Positions 47,474 to 57,592 of a DNA stretch of 64,000 nucleotides are shown one piece after another. The number at the start of each line of letters is the position of its first letter. Positions within the stretch are counted from its first letter, which is position 1. A program made the position numbers and the translations under genes. A model generated the notes under the pieces. It was given only the letters and a program-made list of their open reading frames with translations, had not been told where the DNA came from and did not search any database. This DNA is from an uncultured virus (IMG/VR IMGVR_UViG_3300044733_004038) (taxonomy: Duplodnaviria; Heunggongvirae; Uroviricota; Caudoviricetes), in IMG/VR virus record IMGVR_UViG_3300044733_004038; one strand, 5' to 3'.

Positions 47474-49174
47474 TTAGATTTTGAACCTGACAAAAACTGC
47501 GCCAGCAGCACCGTTGCCCGATTGTAATGCGCTAACTGTTCCGCCACCTGCTGCACCGTAATTTGAGCCGTTGTTTCCTGCGCCAGTTGTTTTACCTGCA
47601 ACACCGCCGTTACCTGCTGCCCCACCAACACTTGCACCGCCACCGCCTCCACCTGCACCCGCATAATAGGTTGCGCCAGTAATAAAACCGCTTATGTCTA
47701 TGCCGTTACCGCCAGTTCCACCAGTCCCAGAAGTTGAACCACCGCCAGTTCCACCAGCACCGCCACCACCTCCAGCACCATTACTTGTAGTTGCGCCACC
47801 ACCATTGTTCCCAACATTACTGTCGCAAGAAACTGAACCTGTGCCACTTAAGGCAGCGTCAATAACACCACCACCAGATGCACCCGTTGGATATGCGTTT
47901 AACTGACCGTCATAACAACCACCACCGCCACCGCCAGCAACAGAAATCTGTGAACCGATAGATGACTTTAAACCGATGCCACCCGTTGCGGTTGCGGTTG
48001 TTCCAGCACCGCCAGCACCAACATCAAGCGTGTAAGTTGCAGCAGGCAAATAGATTGTGGTCGTGCTGGTAATACCTAAAACACCGCCACCACCTCCACC
48101 GCCGCCAGGCACAGAATCCGTGTAACTGCCACCACCTGCACCGCCGCCGCCGATTAAACAGACATCAAACAATCCACCAGTAGAAACAACAAGATTGCTG
48201 TCGCTCGTAAACGACAACAGCGTGTAACTCTGATTACCAACAGTAATCGTTGAACTACTGCCGCCCGAAGCAACACCATAACCACTCAAAGTTGCTACAG
48301 CACTCGTCTTGCTACGAATATAAACAATGCCTGAACCGCCTGTGCCGCCCGTTGCACCGCCACCGCCTCCACCACCTGAACCCGTGTTTGCTGCTGCCGA
48401 TGAACCTACCGCAGTTACTCCGCCTGCACCACCAACTGAACTACCACCAGCACCAGCCGAACCGCTACGAGTGCCACCGCCGCCACCGCCACCCTTAAAT
48501 AATGCGCTTCCACCAATAAATGCACTGACATCATAACCAGCACCGCCGTTTCCGCCGTTTCCACCGCTTGCGTTTGCACCAACGGCTGTTACGCCACCGC
48601 CACCGCCAGCGCCAGAGCCATTACTTTGCACGCCGTTACCGCCTGCAAAACCATTTACACCTGCATTAGTTGCAGCACCTCCGACAATTTCTGGAGCCGA
48701 ACCTGTGCCACTACCACCACCGCCACACGCACCGCTTTTGTTTGTGACAGCCCCATAATTAACGCCAGTTCCGCCACCGCCAATACCAAAACTGCGACCA
48801 GTTGAGTTAATGTTTGAACCTAAACCTTCCGTATTACTTGCGCCACCAGCACCAACATCAACTGCGTAAGTTCCAGCAGTTAAATAAATTGTGCTTTCAA
48901 TAACGCCACCTGCGCCACCACCGCCACCGCTATCTGTGCCAATACGACCACTAGAACCGCCAGCACCGCCACCAAACATAAGGACATCAAATAAACCATC
49001 AGAGGTTACAACAAAGTTGCCGTCAGAAGTAAAAGTATAAAGATTATAGTTAGAACCACCAGCAGTAATACTTGACGATGTGCCGCCCGAACCTACACCG
49101 TAAGCGCCTACTTGCCCAACAATAGTCGGGGTATTACCGCTACTTACATATCCGAGTTCACGCCGATTCGGCAT
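47474..49174 (-). CDS. glycine-rich protein G4 (two tandem domains)
   Basis: Two copies of the YGV..GG.SS.IT...FTSD.N.VV...GLFDV domain. Confidence 0.82.
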   Translation of the reverse strand: MPNRRELGYVSSGNTPTIVGQVGAYGVGSGGTSSSITAGGSNYNLYTFTSDGNFVVTSDGLFDVLMFGGGAGGSSGRIGTDSGGGGGAGGVIESTIYLTAGTYAVDVGAGGASNTEGLGSNINSTGRSFGIGGGGTGVNYGAVTNKSGACGGGGSGTGSAPEIVGGAATNAGVNGFAGGNGVQSNGSGAGGGGGVTAVGANASGGNGGNGGAGYDVSAFIGGSALFKGGGGGGGTRSGSAGAGGSSVGGAGGVTAVGSSAAANTGSGGGGGGGATGGTGGSGIVYIRSKTSAVATLSGYGVASGGSSSTITVGNQSYTLLSFTSDSNLVVSTGGLFDVCLIGGGGAGGGSYTDSVPGGGGGGGGVLGITSTTTIYLPAATYTLDVGAGGAGTTATATGGIGLKSSIGSQISVAGGGGGGCYDGQLNAYPTGASGGGVIDAALSGTGSVSCDSNVGNNGGGATTSNGAGGGGGAGGTGGGSTSGTGGTGGNGIDISGFITGATYYAGAGGGGGGASVGGAAGNGGVAGKTTGAGNNGSNYGAAGGGTVSALQSGNGAAGAVFVRFKI

Positions 49175-49176
49175 AG

Positions 49177-49428
49177 TTAAGCTCCTTCAATAACTGGACT
49201 TGGTGGCGCAACAAACTCTGTGCCATTCCAAGTATCACCGATGCCAGCATATTTGCCACGAGAAGCACCTTCAATCGGATTGTTGTTGTAAGAAGTCTGA
49301 ACCCACACACCGTCAAAACCGATAGATGCGATGAACGCTTGACCGTCTGCTTCGGTTGGTGCATCATTGTTGCTGACAACGATTACTTGTTGCACTAAAC
49401 CGTTTTCTATTTTTGCAAAATGTGCCAT
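49177..49428 (-). CDS. partner protein P5
   Basis: MAHFAK..WVQTSYN..YAGIG. Confidence 0.8.
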   Translation of the reverse strand: MAHFAKIENGLVQQVIVVSNNDAPTEADGQAFIASIGFDGVWVQTSYNNNPIEGASRGKYAGIGDTWNGTEFVAPPSPVIEGA

Positions 49429-49430
49429 AA

Positions 49431-50315
49431 CTAAACCTTGAACCTTACATAAACAATACCGCTACCGCCTGCACCGCCATTTGAACCGTTGACTGTGCTG
49501 CCGCCACCACTACCGCTATTTGCTGAAGCAGAATTACCTGTGCCTGATGTTTTGCCAGCGTTTGAATTTGCCGATGAGTTACCACCAGCACCGCCAGAAC
49601 TAGTGCCACCGCCGCCACCGCCAGTTGATTTGTAAGTTGCACTGCCTGAAATAAATGCACTGACATCACCGCCATTACCACCAGTACCGCCAGTAGTGGT
49701 ACCTGAGGTGCCACCTGCGGCTGAATAACCGCCACCGCCACCGCCAGCCCTTAAGTCTCCATCACGAGAACCAATGCCGCCATCATTACCTAAATTTGCA
49801 AAATTAGCAATACCACCAGCACCACCACGACCACCACCACCACCACCAGAACCACCTGGACCAGCGGCGTTGTCGTTAGAGTGTCCAAAACCACCACCAG
49901 AAGCAACAAGTTTTGTGCCGACTGCGGTGAAACTTCCTGCTGTTCCAAAATTTTGACCCACACCACCAGCACCACCAGCACCGATTGTAATTGTTTGATT
50001 TGCGTCTAGATAAAGTGTTGATGTTGTAAAAAGACCTACAAGTTGTCCAGCACCGCCACCGCCACCAGCAACACCACCACCACTACCACCAGCACCACCG
50101 CCACCGCCAGCAACTAAAACGTCAAACAAACCTGCGGTAGTAACCGTCAAAGTTCCTGTGCTTGTAAAAGTTAGAAGCGTGTATGCCTGTGCTGACACAG
50201 TAATACTTGACGAAGTTCCGCCTGTCGCAACACCGTAACCCGTTTGAGTGCCGTTTACATAGACGGCACTTGTTGTTGGCTCTGCGCTGACATATCCAAA
50301 TGTCCTGCGACCCAT
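49431..50315 (-). CDS. glycine-rich protein G5
   Basis: MGRRTFGYVS leader; ends VRFKV. Confidence 0.8.
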   Translation of the reverse strand: MGRRTFGYVSAEPTTSAVYVNGTQTGYGVATGGTSSSITVSAQAYTLLTFTSTGTLTVTTAGLFDVLVAGGGGGAGGSGGGVAGGGGGAGQLVGLFTTSTLYLDANQTITIGAGGAGGVGQNFGTAGSFTAVGTKLVASGGGFGHSNDNAAGPGGSGGGGGGRGGAGGIANFANLGNDGGIGSRDGDLRAGGGGGGYSAAGGTSGTTTGGTGGNGGDVSAFISGSATYKSTGGGGGGTSSGGAGGNSSANSNAGKTSGTGNSASANSGSGGGSTVNGSNGGAGGSGIVYVRFKV

Positions 50316-50318
50316 AGG

Positions 50319-50690
50319 TTACGCCGTAATTCTGTTGACGAATCCGTGAATCGTGATGACGTTTGCAGTAGCGGCGAATGCACGAACAACCTTTGCTGAA
50401 GCGTTGCCCTGCAACAACAGTCCTGGAATGATAGTTACAAGTCCAGCCTCTGGCTGTACTGTGACCTCAATGTTGCCATCAGGCGCATCAGCCTGACCCC
50501 ACTCAATCGTCAATTTAACCGACGAAGCAGAGGTATTCACGGCGTACAACCAGATCTCATCGATCGTCGTTGCAGTAGCCGATGCTGTGTGAATTGCCGT
50601 ACCAGCTGTGGCAGTAGCAGCAACTTTTATCGCTAACCCTGTGCCCGTAGTGCCGGCTGGCTGTAGACATAATTTGCTTAGTGTTGCCAT
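50319..50690 (-). CDS. small beta-rich adaptor-like protein X1
   Basis: MAT..K..; DEIWLYAVN; GFVNRI; paralog of 57138 and 58788. Confidence 0.75.
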   Translation of the reverse strand: MATLSKLCLQPAGTTGTGLAIKVAATATAGTAIHTASATATTIDEIWLYAVNTSASSVKLTIEWGQADAPDGNIEVTVQPEAGLVTIIPGLLLQGNASAKVVRAFAATANVITIHGFVNRITA

Positions 50691-50708
50691 TATCTATCTC
50701 CTATTTTG

Positions 50709-51101
50709 TTAAGACCATATTTGCGTTGCGATGAAAACTTGATCATCGAACGCGTCGAAGCCAGTTCCTGATGATGCTGCAGTAACTCTACCTTGTGCGT
50801 CAACAGTGATGTTGGTCGTCGTGTATGAGCCTGGCGTAACTGCTGTGTTAGCAAGCTTGTCTGCTGTAACCGCGTCGTCAGCAATCTTTGCAGTTGTAAC
50901 GTTTAAATCAAGAATCTTAACAGTTGTGACAGCGTCGCTTGCTAATTTAACCGCCGTGACTGACCCATCGTCTGGCACGCCCGGAGACAGGGCGGATACG
51001 CCCATAAGCGTCCATGCGGTGCCGTTGTAAAACCAAGTCTTGCCACTAGACGTGAAAAGATCATTTGTTAACGGTGAGTTTGGAAAATCAATTGCTGCCA
51101 C
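50709..51101 (-). CDS. short stalk/fibre protein Y1
   Basis: IDFPNSP..TW N-terminus; VT..K[LI]A repeats; DDQ..Q C-terminus. Confidence 0.72.
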   Translation of the reverse strand: MAAIDFPNSPLTNDLFTSSGKTWFYNGTAWTLMGVSALSPGVPDDGSVTAVKLASDAVTTVKILDLNVTTAKIADDAVTADKLANTAVTPGSYTTTNITVDAQGRVTAASSGTGFDAFDDQVFIATQIWS

Positions 51102-51214
51102 TGTATCATCCTATCTTTCGATACGCACTATACCCTATGTATATTAACACGAGTATACAGCGGTGATTACGCGACCTAGTTGCTTTTTGTTGAAAATTAC
51201 AACAAATCTAGCGG

Positions 51215-53170
51215 TTATTGCGGTAGTCTACTGCGTAAATACGCGCACTCTAGAGCAAGGGCTTCTTCGTACCGAATTCCGTATCTATTTCCGGCAGCCT
51301 GGTGTTCTTGCACCATGCCAATTCCGTCCTCAAAGCGCTCTTCCTGCTCTTCCCATTCGTCGTAGCACAGGATGCCGTAGGCAAACGGATCAACGCCTTC
51401 AGCCTCAAATGCTTCTTTAACTCGTTGCGCCACCAACCCAACATGCCACCTCGCGCCGTCTCCTTTTTTCTGAACAGCGTCTTTAAACTTGAACTGTTGA
51501 TACTCGACGTTACTCCAAGCGCGCAGAACTGCCTCGTTGATGTCGCCGATCTGCTCTTTCTCTCTTTCATCCGATGTGCTAATTGTTGCAGTGTCGGCGT
51601 AAACTACCGTCCACCTACGAGCCGCTCCACCAAGTGAGTATGTTGAATCAGTGCGAGGTCGTAAGACCTGAGTATCTGTGTTTGTTGCAAAAAAAGTTAC
51701 AGTCGCGCTTCCATCAGTTTCAGAACCGCCGGTGACTTGTATTCTTGCATCATAGTCATTGACCGATTCGTTGTTGCCAGAGGTATGAATATCCATGTAC
51801 CAGGTTGCTGCAGTGTTTTGCTTTCCAAGTTCCAGTGTGCCATCAGCACGCAAAAGAGCGGAGCGCTCATTGGAAATATAAGAATCAAAAACATTTGTTC
51901 CACCTGTGTAGTATAAACCAGTATCGGCATTATCAACTCGTAGTCCTACAAAACCAGAACCACGAGCAACAAAGAAACTTTGGACTTTGTACGTTCCAAG
52001 ATTTACGGCATCAAAACCCCATGCATAGTGTGAACCACCAGTTGCAGCGGTTGATGCTTCTTTGTTGTCTACAAGTCCAAGTTCAAAACCAGTCATTGCT
52101 GAAGCATGTGAATTCGCGTCCATCAAAACATTTGCGTTATGCGCCCATACTTTTGTGAACGGATTTACATAGGCAGTTGCTGTTCCCGATGGAGTTGAGG
52201 CAGATTGTGCTGTACCGTTGGCGAGATACCAACCTTCAACCGTGATGCTTGAACCATTTGCTGCCCAATCAGTGATAAATCCGCTGTACTTTGTTGGGCT
52301 GTGAGCAGTATCAATAATCATGCCTTTGCGCAAAAGTCTTCTATTCGCCTCGCTGATTGTTGAAGCAGGGACAACAGTTGTTGCTGTATAGGTTGCGCCA
52401 GCTAAAGTCAGCGTTGGAGGTGGAGCTAAAACATCGGCAAAGAAAGAAACTGCGTCTCTGTCAGTGTAGATAGAGATATCCGCCTCGTTGGTTACACCCA
52501 AAACTTCGGCGGCGCTATTAAAGTCCGAGCCACTTGGATAAAGTCTTACCGCAAAACCAGTCGCGCTATCTTCGTTGCCGTAAGGCGCCGACATGATTCT
52601 TTGGCCCTCACGAAGAAGGTCACCGTTAAGATTTTCTGGATTAAGGATTTTTGCGCCACGGTCTGCAACCCAAACAACTTCTCGACCGCCAGTATCTATT
52701 CGACTAGAAAGCACATAGTTGCCATCTGGAATTGTTACAAATACACAATTTGCTCTCAGGATTCCATTGTCAGTGTAGGTGACAGCGCCAGTTCGTGCTT
52801 GTGCCGCGGCATCAAAAGCGGCAGTGTCATCTGTAACGCCATCGCCAACTGCGCCATAATCTGACACAGAAACTGGCAGAGAGGTCTTATTGACTTTTGC
52901 ATTGATTTGAGTTTGAATTGCCGAGGTGACACTGTTCACGTAGCCGAGCTCGGTTGATGACACGTCACCGATAGTCGTTGTGCTTGGTAATACAACGTTG
53001 CCAGTAAAAGTAGGCGAGCTTAGCGGTGCGTAAGAAGCAAGTGAGCCTGCTTCTACATTTGCAGCTGAAGGATTTACCTCCCAGGCAGAACCATTCCAAG
53101 TCCACGTGCGGGAGCCGGCAGTGTATACTTGGTTGAGAGATGGAGAATTTGGAAAATCAATTGCTGGCAT
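51215..53170 (-). CDS. tailspike/tail fibre with C-terminal intramolecular chaperone (peptidase S74)
   Basis: DYGAVGDGVTDDTAAF; TSDEREK...H.GLVAQ...YGIRYEE. Confidence 0.85.
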   Translation of the reverse strand: MPAIDFPNSPSLNQVYTAGSRTWTWNGSAWEVNPSAANVEAGSLASYAPLSSPTFTGNVVLPSTTTIGDVSSTELGYVNSVTSAIQTQINAKVNKTSLPVSVSDYGAVGDGVTDDTAAFDAAAQARTGAVTYTDNGILRANCVFVTIPDGNYVLSSRIDTGGREVVWVADRGAKILNPENLNGDLLREGQRIMSAPYGNEDSATGFAVRLYPSGSDFNSAAEVLGVTNEADISIYTDRDAVSFFADVLAPPPTLTLAGATYTATTVVPASTISEANRRLLRKGMIIDTAHSPTKYSGFITDWAANGSSITVEGWYLANGTAQSASTPSGTATAYVNPFTKVWAHNANVLMDANSHASAMTGFELGLVDNKEASTAATGGSHYAWGFDAVNLGTYKVQSFFVARGSGFVGLRVDNADTGLYYTGGTNVFDSYISNERSALLRADGTLELGKQNTAATWYMDIHTSGNNESVNDYDARIQVTGGSETDGSATVTFFATNTDTQVLRPRTDSTYSLGGAARRWTVVYADTATISTSDEREKEQIGDINEAVLRAWSNVEYQQFKFKDAVQKKGDGARWHVGLVAQRVKEAFEAEGVDPFAYGILCYDEWEEQEERFEDGIGMVQEHQAAGNRYGIRYEEALALECAYLRSRLPQ

Positions 53171-53269
53171 ATCGTGCTCTTTCTGCCGCTACTGCGACAC
53201 TACAGTGTATTTTACTACGCTTTAGCCGGTGCAATAATTTTGTTGCTGGTAGCGGTATAAGCCACCTAG

Positions 53270-53605
53270 TTAATGTGTGACCCACTCTTGTTCTTCTTCG
53301 TTCCACTCATACGGGTTTTCTGTTGAAGCATCTGATGGCATTGGTGTCGGTGGTTGCCAATCGTGGTTGCTGTCAAGAGTCCACGAAGGGAACGGTTGTG
53401 GTGCTACGAACACATCAGCGTCAGGCAGATATTTGAACCCAACGCCACAGAATTGTTTGCGAATCCTGTTATTAAAACTTGTCTGAACCCAAGTGCCACC
53501 GAATAAATCGTTGCACCACTCAACACCGTTTGATTCATATTCGTTAGCGACCACGATTACTCGTAGCACATTATTGTTGTTATCTAATTCTGCGAAGTGT
53601 GCCAT
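53270..53605 (-). CDS. partner protein P6
   Basis: MAHFAELD..WVQTSFN..QPFPSW. Confidence 0.8.
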   Translation of the reverse strand: MAHFAELDNNNNVLRVIVVANEYESNGVEWCNDLFGGTWVQTSFNNRIRKQFCGVGFKYLPDADVFVAPQPFPSWTLDSNHDWQPPTPMPSDASTENPYEWNEEEQEWVTH

Positions 53606-54495
53606 CAGAAAGTCCACGCAATCGTGCCAGTTGCAAGAAACGTAAATATTTTGTATCCGCCCGTGGTTGTTTGTGTGCCAACTGTCAATGTGGTTGGGTC
53701 TGCGAATGTGTCAAGAGTTCGCATAATAACGATTCCTGAACCGCCAGCACCACCTGCACCTGCGCCTTGACCGTCATTACGACCACCGCCACCGCCACCC
53801 GTGTTTGCTGTGCCAGCCTGCGGAAGTGTGCTTGCATTTCCACCGTTACCGCCACCACCATTTCCGCCAGAAGCAACAGCCCCAGAAGGAGAATTACCAC
53901 CACCACCGCCACCGTAGTAAACACTTGAACCTGATATCACATTCACTACGCCAACACCACCTGCATTAGTGCCCGACCCAAATGTATTTCCACCAGTATT
54001 ACTTGCACCGCCACCGCCACCGCCGAAACCGCCAGTCGTAGAACCACCCGCACGACCTTGATTGGCTGTGCCTGCTGAGCCATTCGTATTCAAATTATAA
54101 CCACCACCACCACTCCCACCAGTAGCAGACGCATTAGTGCCACCACCACGACCACCACCAGTTGAAGTAATAGTTGTCAAAGCCGTGCCAGCAACAGAAC
54201 TATCTGTGCCAGATGTGTTTGACGCACCACCAGCACCAACCGTCGCTGTGTAAACAGTTCCGCTAACTGGTGTGAACGCTGTTTCTAAAGTCGTAGCATC
54301 ACCGCTTACCGCAACAGTGCTTCTTACGCCACCAGCACCACCACCGCCACCGTTAAAAGTTGCGTTGTTGCAGTTTCCCCCACCACCACCGCCAGCGACA
54401 ACAAGATAATCAACAACAACAGGGACAGCACTTACAGTTTGCACAACTACAGGGTAAGCCGAAACATATCCAAGCGGTCTGCGTGAATTAGTCAT
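53605..54495 (-). CDS. glycine-rich protein G6
   Basis: MTNSRRPLGYVS leader. Confidence 0.8.
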   Translation of the reverse strand: MTNSRRPLGYVSAYPVVVQTVSAVPVVVDYLVVAGGGGGGNCNNATFNGGGGGAGGVRSTVAVSGDATTLETAFTPVSGTVYTATVGAGGASNTSGTDSSVAGTALTTITSTGGGRGGGTNASATGGSGGGGYNLNTNGSAGTANQGRAGGSTTGGFGGGGGGASNTGGNTFGSGTNAGGVGVVNVISGSSVYYGGGGGGNSPSGAVASGGNGGGGNGGNASTLPQAGTANTGGGGGGRNDGQGAGAGGAGGSGIVIMRTLDTFADPTTLTVGTQTTTGGYKIFTFLATGTIAWTF

Positions 54496-54498
54496 CGT

Positions 54499-54747
54499 CT
54501 AGCCCAGTAACGCTTGTGGGCGAGTCGGAAAAACAATCAACTTAGGGTCAGCGTTTTGTGATGGCAAGTCTCGTAGTTCTTCACGGTATTCTTGCCACGC
54601 TGTTTTGTCGGCTGTGCAATCTGCTATCTGTGTCCAGTCCGATGCTTGTAGTTCACGGTTACGCCAGTTTCTAAACCGTTCAAAATACCATTCGTTAGGT
54701 ATTTCGTTTGCGTTTTCGTGTGGTGCAACAAAATCTAGGTAGTTCAT
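54499..54747 (-). CDS. tail fibre assembly chaperone-like protein
   Basis: RN..L..SDWTQ..D...W..YR..LRDLP. Confidence 0.75.
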   Translation of the reverse strand: MNYLDFVAPHENANEIPNEWYFERFRNWRNRELQASDWTQIADCTADKTAWQEYREELRDLPSQNADPKLIVFPTRPQALLG

Positions 54748-55193
54748 TATGCAGCCTCATAAACAAAATTAAAGTTAATGATATCGGTTGTTGCAAATGT
54801 AAACGGTTGAGTAGCACCGACATTGGCGTGAAACAAAAAATTTCCCGTTACTTGTGGCAACTTAAATAGAACTGTTGTAGTTGAATCTAAATATCCTGCG
54901 CCAAGATATTGGTCGGTTGTGCTTGTATCAACATAACTTATGTTGTTTGTGTAAAAATTGTTTCCTAATTTTGCTGTAACTGGCAAACTTATTTTAGGAC
55001 CGCTTCCCATAGTTGTTGTGCTTCCGAAAGTTAATTGACCGTAAACATGAACCAAAAAACCAATCTGTGCATAACGAAAATTGTTTGTGCCATTACCAAG
55101 AGTTATGTTTGTGTAAGAAGGCGTGTAGGCAACATAAGCAGTTACATTGTTGCTCGGAACTGCTTGAACAATTTGGCTAGAAGTATAAGCCAT
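54747..55193 (-). CDS. beta-rich fibre-tip-like protein Z1
   Basis: MAYTSSQIVQAVP leader; YTPS..N.TLGNG..Y.QIG..V...SLPV. Confidence 0.72.
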   Translation of the reverse strand: MAYTSSQIVQAVPSNNVTAYVAYTPSYTNITLGNGTNNFRYAQIGFLVHVYGQLTFGSTTTMGSGPKISLPVTAKLGNNFYTNNISYVDTSTTDQYLGAGYLDSTTTVLFKLPQVTGNFLFHANVGATQPFTFATTDIINFNFVYEAA

Positions 55194-55195
55194 AG

Positions 55196-55471
55196 TTAAA
55201 CCTCACTCTCGATAACAGGTGCGATGAACTCGTCAAGGTCAGCGTCATAGGTGTATCCGATACCTGCGTATCTGCCACGAATGTTCCCGTTGTATGAAGT
55301 GCGTTTGCACAACAAACCTTGATGCTGTGGTTGGTTTTGATAGAACTGTTCCCACGCTTCTGAAGAACCGCCGACTTCAACATCACCGTCTAGTTGTGTA
55401 ACTGTTTCATCAACGCCGACAATAACTTTGACAACTTTGTTTCCGTATCCAATAAATGCGTAATGTGCCAT
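55196..55471 (-). CDS. partner protein P7
   Basis: MAHYAF..KRTSYN..YAGIG. Confidence 0.8.
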   Translation of the reverse strand: MAHYAFIGYGNKVVKVIVGVDETVTQLDGDVEVGGSSEAWEQFYQNQPQHQGLLCKRTSYNGNIRGRYAGIGYTYDADLDEFIAPVIESEV

Positions 55472-56352
55472 TACAAAGCCCAACTCACATTACCCGAGCC
55501 AGCAGTAATCGTAGCCCGTTTGTAGCCACCCGAAGCAGCCGACTCTGTGCCTGTTAAACCTGCGCCGATAGTGATTGTATAAGTATCTGCGTAACGCAAA
55601 ATGACTACGCCACTACCACCGTTGCCACCGTTATAGCCAACAAAAGTATTATTGCCACCGCCACCGCCGCCACCGCCAGTATTGGCTGTGCCTGCTGAAC
55701 CATTTGCACTTCTTCCACCATTACCGCCACCGTTTGAACCTGTGCCTTCATTGCTTTGATTTTGTGAGTTACCACCGCCACCGCCACCAGCGTAAGTAAC
55801 ACTTGTGCCAGTAATGCTTACAGCCTGACCTGCACCGCCATTTGCGTTTGTTGCTGCTGCACCCGCACCACCACCACCACCAGTAAGACCTGATGGGTGA
55901 GTGCCACCATTCGCACCATTATTTCCTTGAACAGGGCTGGCAGTTCTTGTGCCAGCATTAGCACCTGTGCCACCGCCAGCAGATGAACCACCATTACCGC
56001 CAGCCGTTTGTGGTCCACCACCAGTTCCGCCACCAGTTGAAGTTATGGAATCAAAAATACTACTTCCACCTTGTGTTCCATTATTGCTTGTGCTGCCAGT
56101 ACCTCCACTGCCTACCTGTATTGAATAATTTGTATTTAACGCACACAACAATGCGGTTTCAAGCGAACCACCACCACCTGTTGCTGTAACTGAACTGCGT
56201 AAACCGCCAGCACCAGCACCAGACCCTTGATTGTTACCGCCACCGCCACCGCCTGCGACAACAAGAAAATCAACGGTAATTGGATTAGTAATATTTGCTA
56301 CGACTACAGGGTAAGCCGAAACATATCCAAGCGGTCTGCGTGAATTAGTCAT
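55471..56352 (-). CDS. glycine-rich protein G7
   Basis: MTNSRRPLGYVS leader; ends GNVSWAL. Confidence 0.8.
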   Translation of the reverse strand: MTNSRRPLGYVSAYPVVVANITNPITVDFLVVAGGGGGGNNQGSGAGAGGLRSSVTATGGGGSLETALLCALNTNYSIQVGSGGTGSTSNNGTQGGSSIFDSITSTGGGTGGGPQTAGGNGGSSAGGGTGANAGTRTASPVQGNNGANGGTHPSGLTGGGGGAGAAATNANGGAGQAVSITGTSVTYAGGGGGGNSQNQSNEGTGSNGGGNGGRSANGSAGTANTGGGGGGGGNNTFVGYNGGNGGSGVVILRYADTYTITIGAGLTGTESAASGGYKRATITAGSGNVSWAL

Positions 56353-56355
56353 CGT

Positions 56356-56550
56356 CTAGCCCAGTAACGCTTGTGCTTCGTCTGCTGTCAAACCAAGTTT
56401 ATCCAACACCGCTTGACGGGCAGCCTGCTTCAATGCGAGAGCATCAGCCTTTGCTTGCGCTTGCGCTGCGTCTGCTGCAACTTGTGCTGGGTCTGCTGGT
56501 TCTAAAAATACTGGGCAAACGCTGTTGTCTGGTGTTATGTCAGTTTTCAT
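56356..56550 (-). CDS. small helical partner protein
   Basis: ...L.KLGLTADEA.ALLG; ATGA coupling. Confidence 0.7.
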   Translation of the reverse strand: MKTDITPDNSVCPVFLEPADPAQVAADAAQAQAKADALALKQAARQAVLDKLGLTADEAQALLG

Positions 56551-57134
56551 TTTGTGTACCCATAAACGCTCAATGTTCCTGTTACTGCTGCGCTAATTAA
56601 AAATTGTATGCCGTCATAACTTGTGCTTGCTTTGTTGTAGTGCGCTTCGGTGTATGGAATTGCGTTTGTGCCATTCGTAGAGGTTTGTAAAGCGATACCT
56701 AAAATTGTTGTTGGTTCTGCAACGAACGGCTTAATGACATCGGCTGTGAACGACATTTGGTCGGTAGCACCTGCTCTGTAATCAAATGATGTTGCTGCCG
56801 CTATATTTTGTGCATAAACCGTGCCTGCAACTGCGTAAATTTGATTACTGAAATAATCGCTTGCTGAACTTACCGAACCGCCAACACTCAAACGACCTGT
56901 CAAATTGTATTGACTACCAGACGCATTCCAAATAAATTTGTAGTTAGTGTATGTTGAACTAAAAACGCCGTTTAACAAAATGCTTGTCGTAACTGATGTC
57001 ATTGTTACTTGACCGTTTGCCGATGCTGTAGCCGTGCCACCGCCAACCGTAATTGAAGTAGGGACAATCGCTACGAACGCAGAGTTGATACCTGTTGGAA
57101 CTGCTTGAACAATTTGGCTAGAAGTATAAGCCAT
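56547..57134 (-). CDS. beta-rich fibre-tip-like protein Z2
   Basis: MAYTSSQIVQAVP leader; VFSSTY.NYK...YDGI...TG...VYGY. Confidence 0.75.
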   Translation of the reverse strand: MAYTSSQIVQAVPTGINSAFVAIVPTSITVGGGTATASANGQVTMTSVTTSILLNGVFSSTYTNYKFIWNASGSQYNLTGRLSVGGSVSSASDYFSNQIYAVAGTVYAQNIAAATSFDYRAGATDQMSFTADVIKPFVAEPTTILGIALQTSTNGTNAIPYTEAHYNKASTSYDGIQFLISAAVTGTLSVYGYTK

Positions 57135-57137
57135 AGA

Positions 57138-57500
57138 CTAAACCGTAATCTGATTCACATACCCGTGAAGACAAATAACATTCGCCGTACCAGCAAAAGC
57201 CTTAACAACCAACGGAGTCGCATTACCCTTCAACAACAAACCAGGAATTACTGAAACCAAACCAGCCTCAGGCAACACAGTTACCTCAATGTTGCCATCA
57301 GGTGCAGTTGCTTCGCCCCACTCAATCGTCAACTTAACTGACGATGCTGAACTGTTCACCGCATAAATCCAAACCTCATCAAGAGTAGTAGTCGTAGTCG
57401 AACCAGTATGAATTGTTGTACCAGCAGTAGCAGTAGCAGCAACCTTAATTGCTTTGCCGTCTGTGCTACCTGAAAGAATCTTTTTAGTGAATGTTGCCAT
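57138..57500 (-). CDS. adaptor-like protein X2
   Basis: MATFTK..LSGSTDG; DEVWIYAVN. Confidence 0.75.
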   Translation of the reverse strand: MATFTKKILSGSTDGKAIKVAATATAGTTIHTGSTTTTTLDEVWIYAVNSSASSVKLTIEWGEATAPDGNIEVTVLPEAGLVSVIPGLLLKGNATPLVVKAFAGTANVICLHGYVNQITV

Positions 57501-57592
57501 GTGCTGCCTCTAATCTATAGTGCTATTGCTATAATATACTACGCTACACGACCCAACCCTGATCAGCCACCTAGTTAAATTGCGACCCACAT

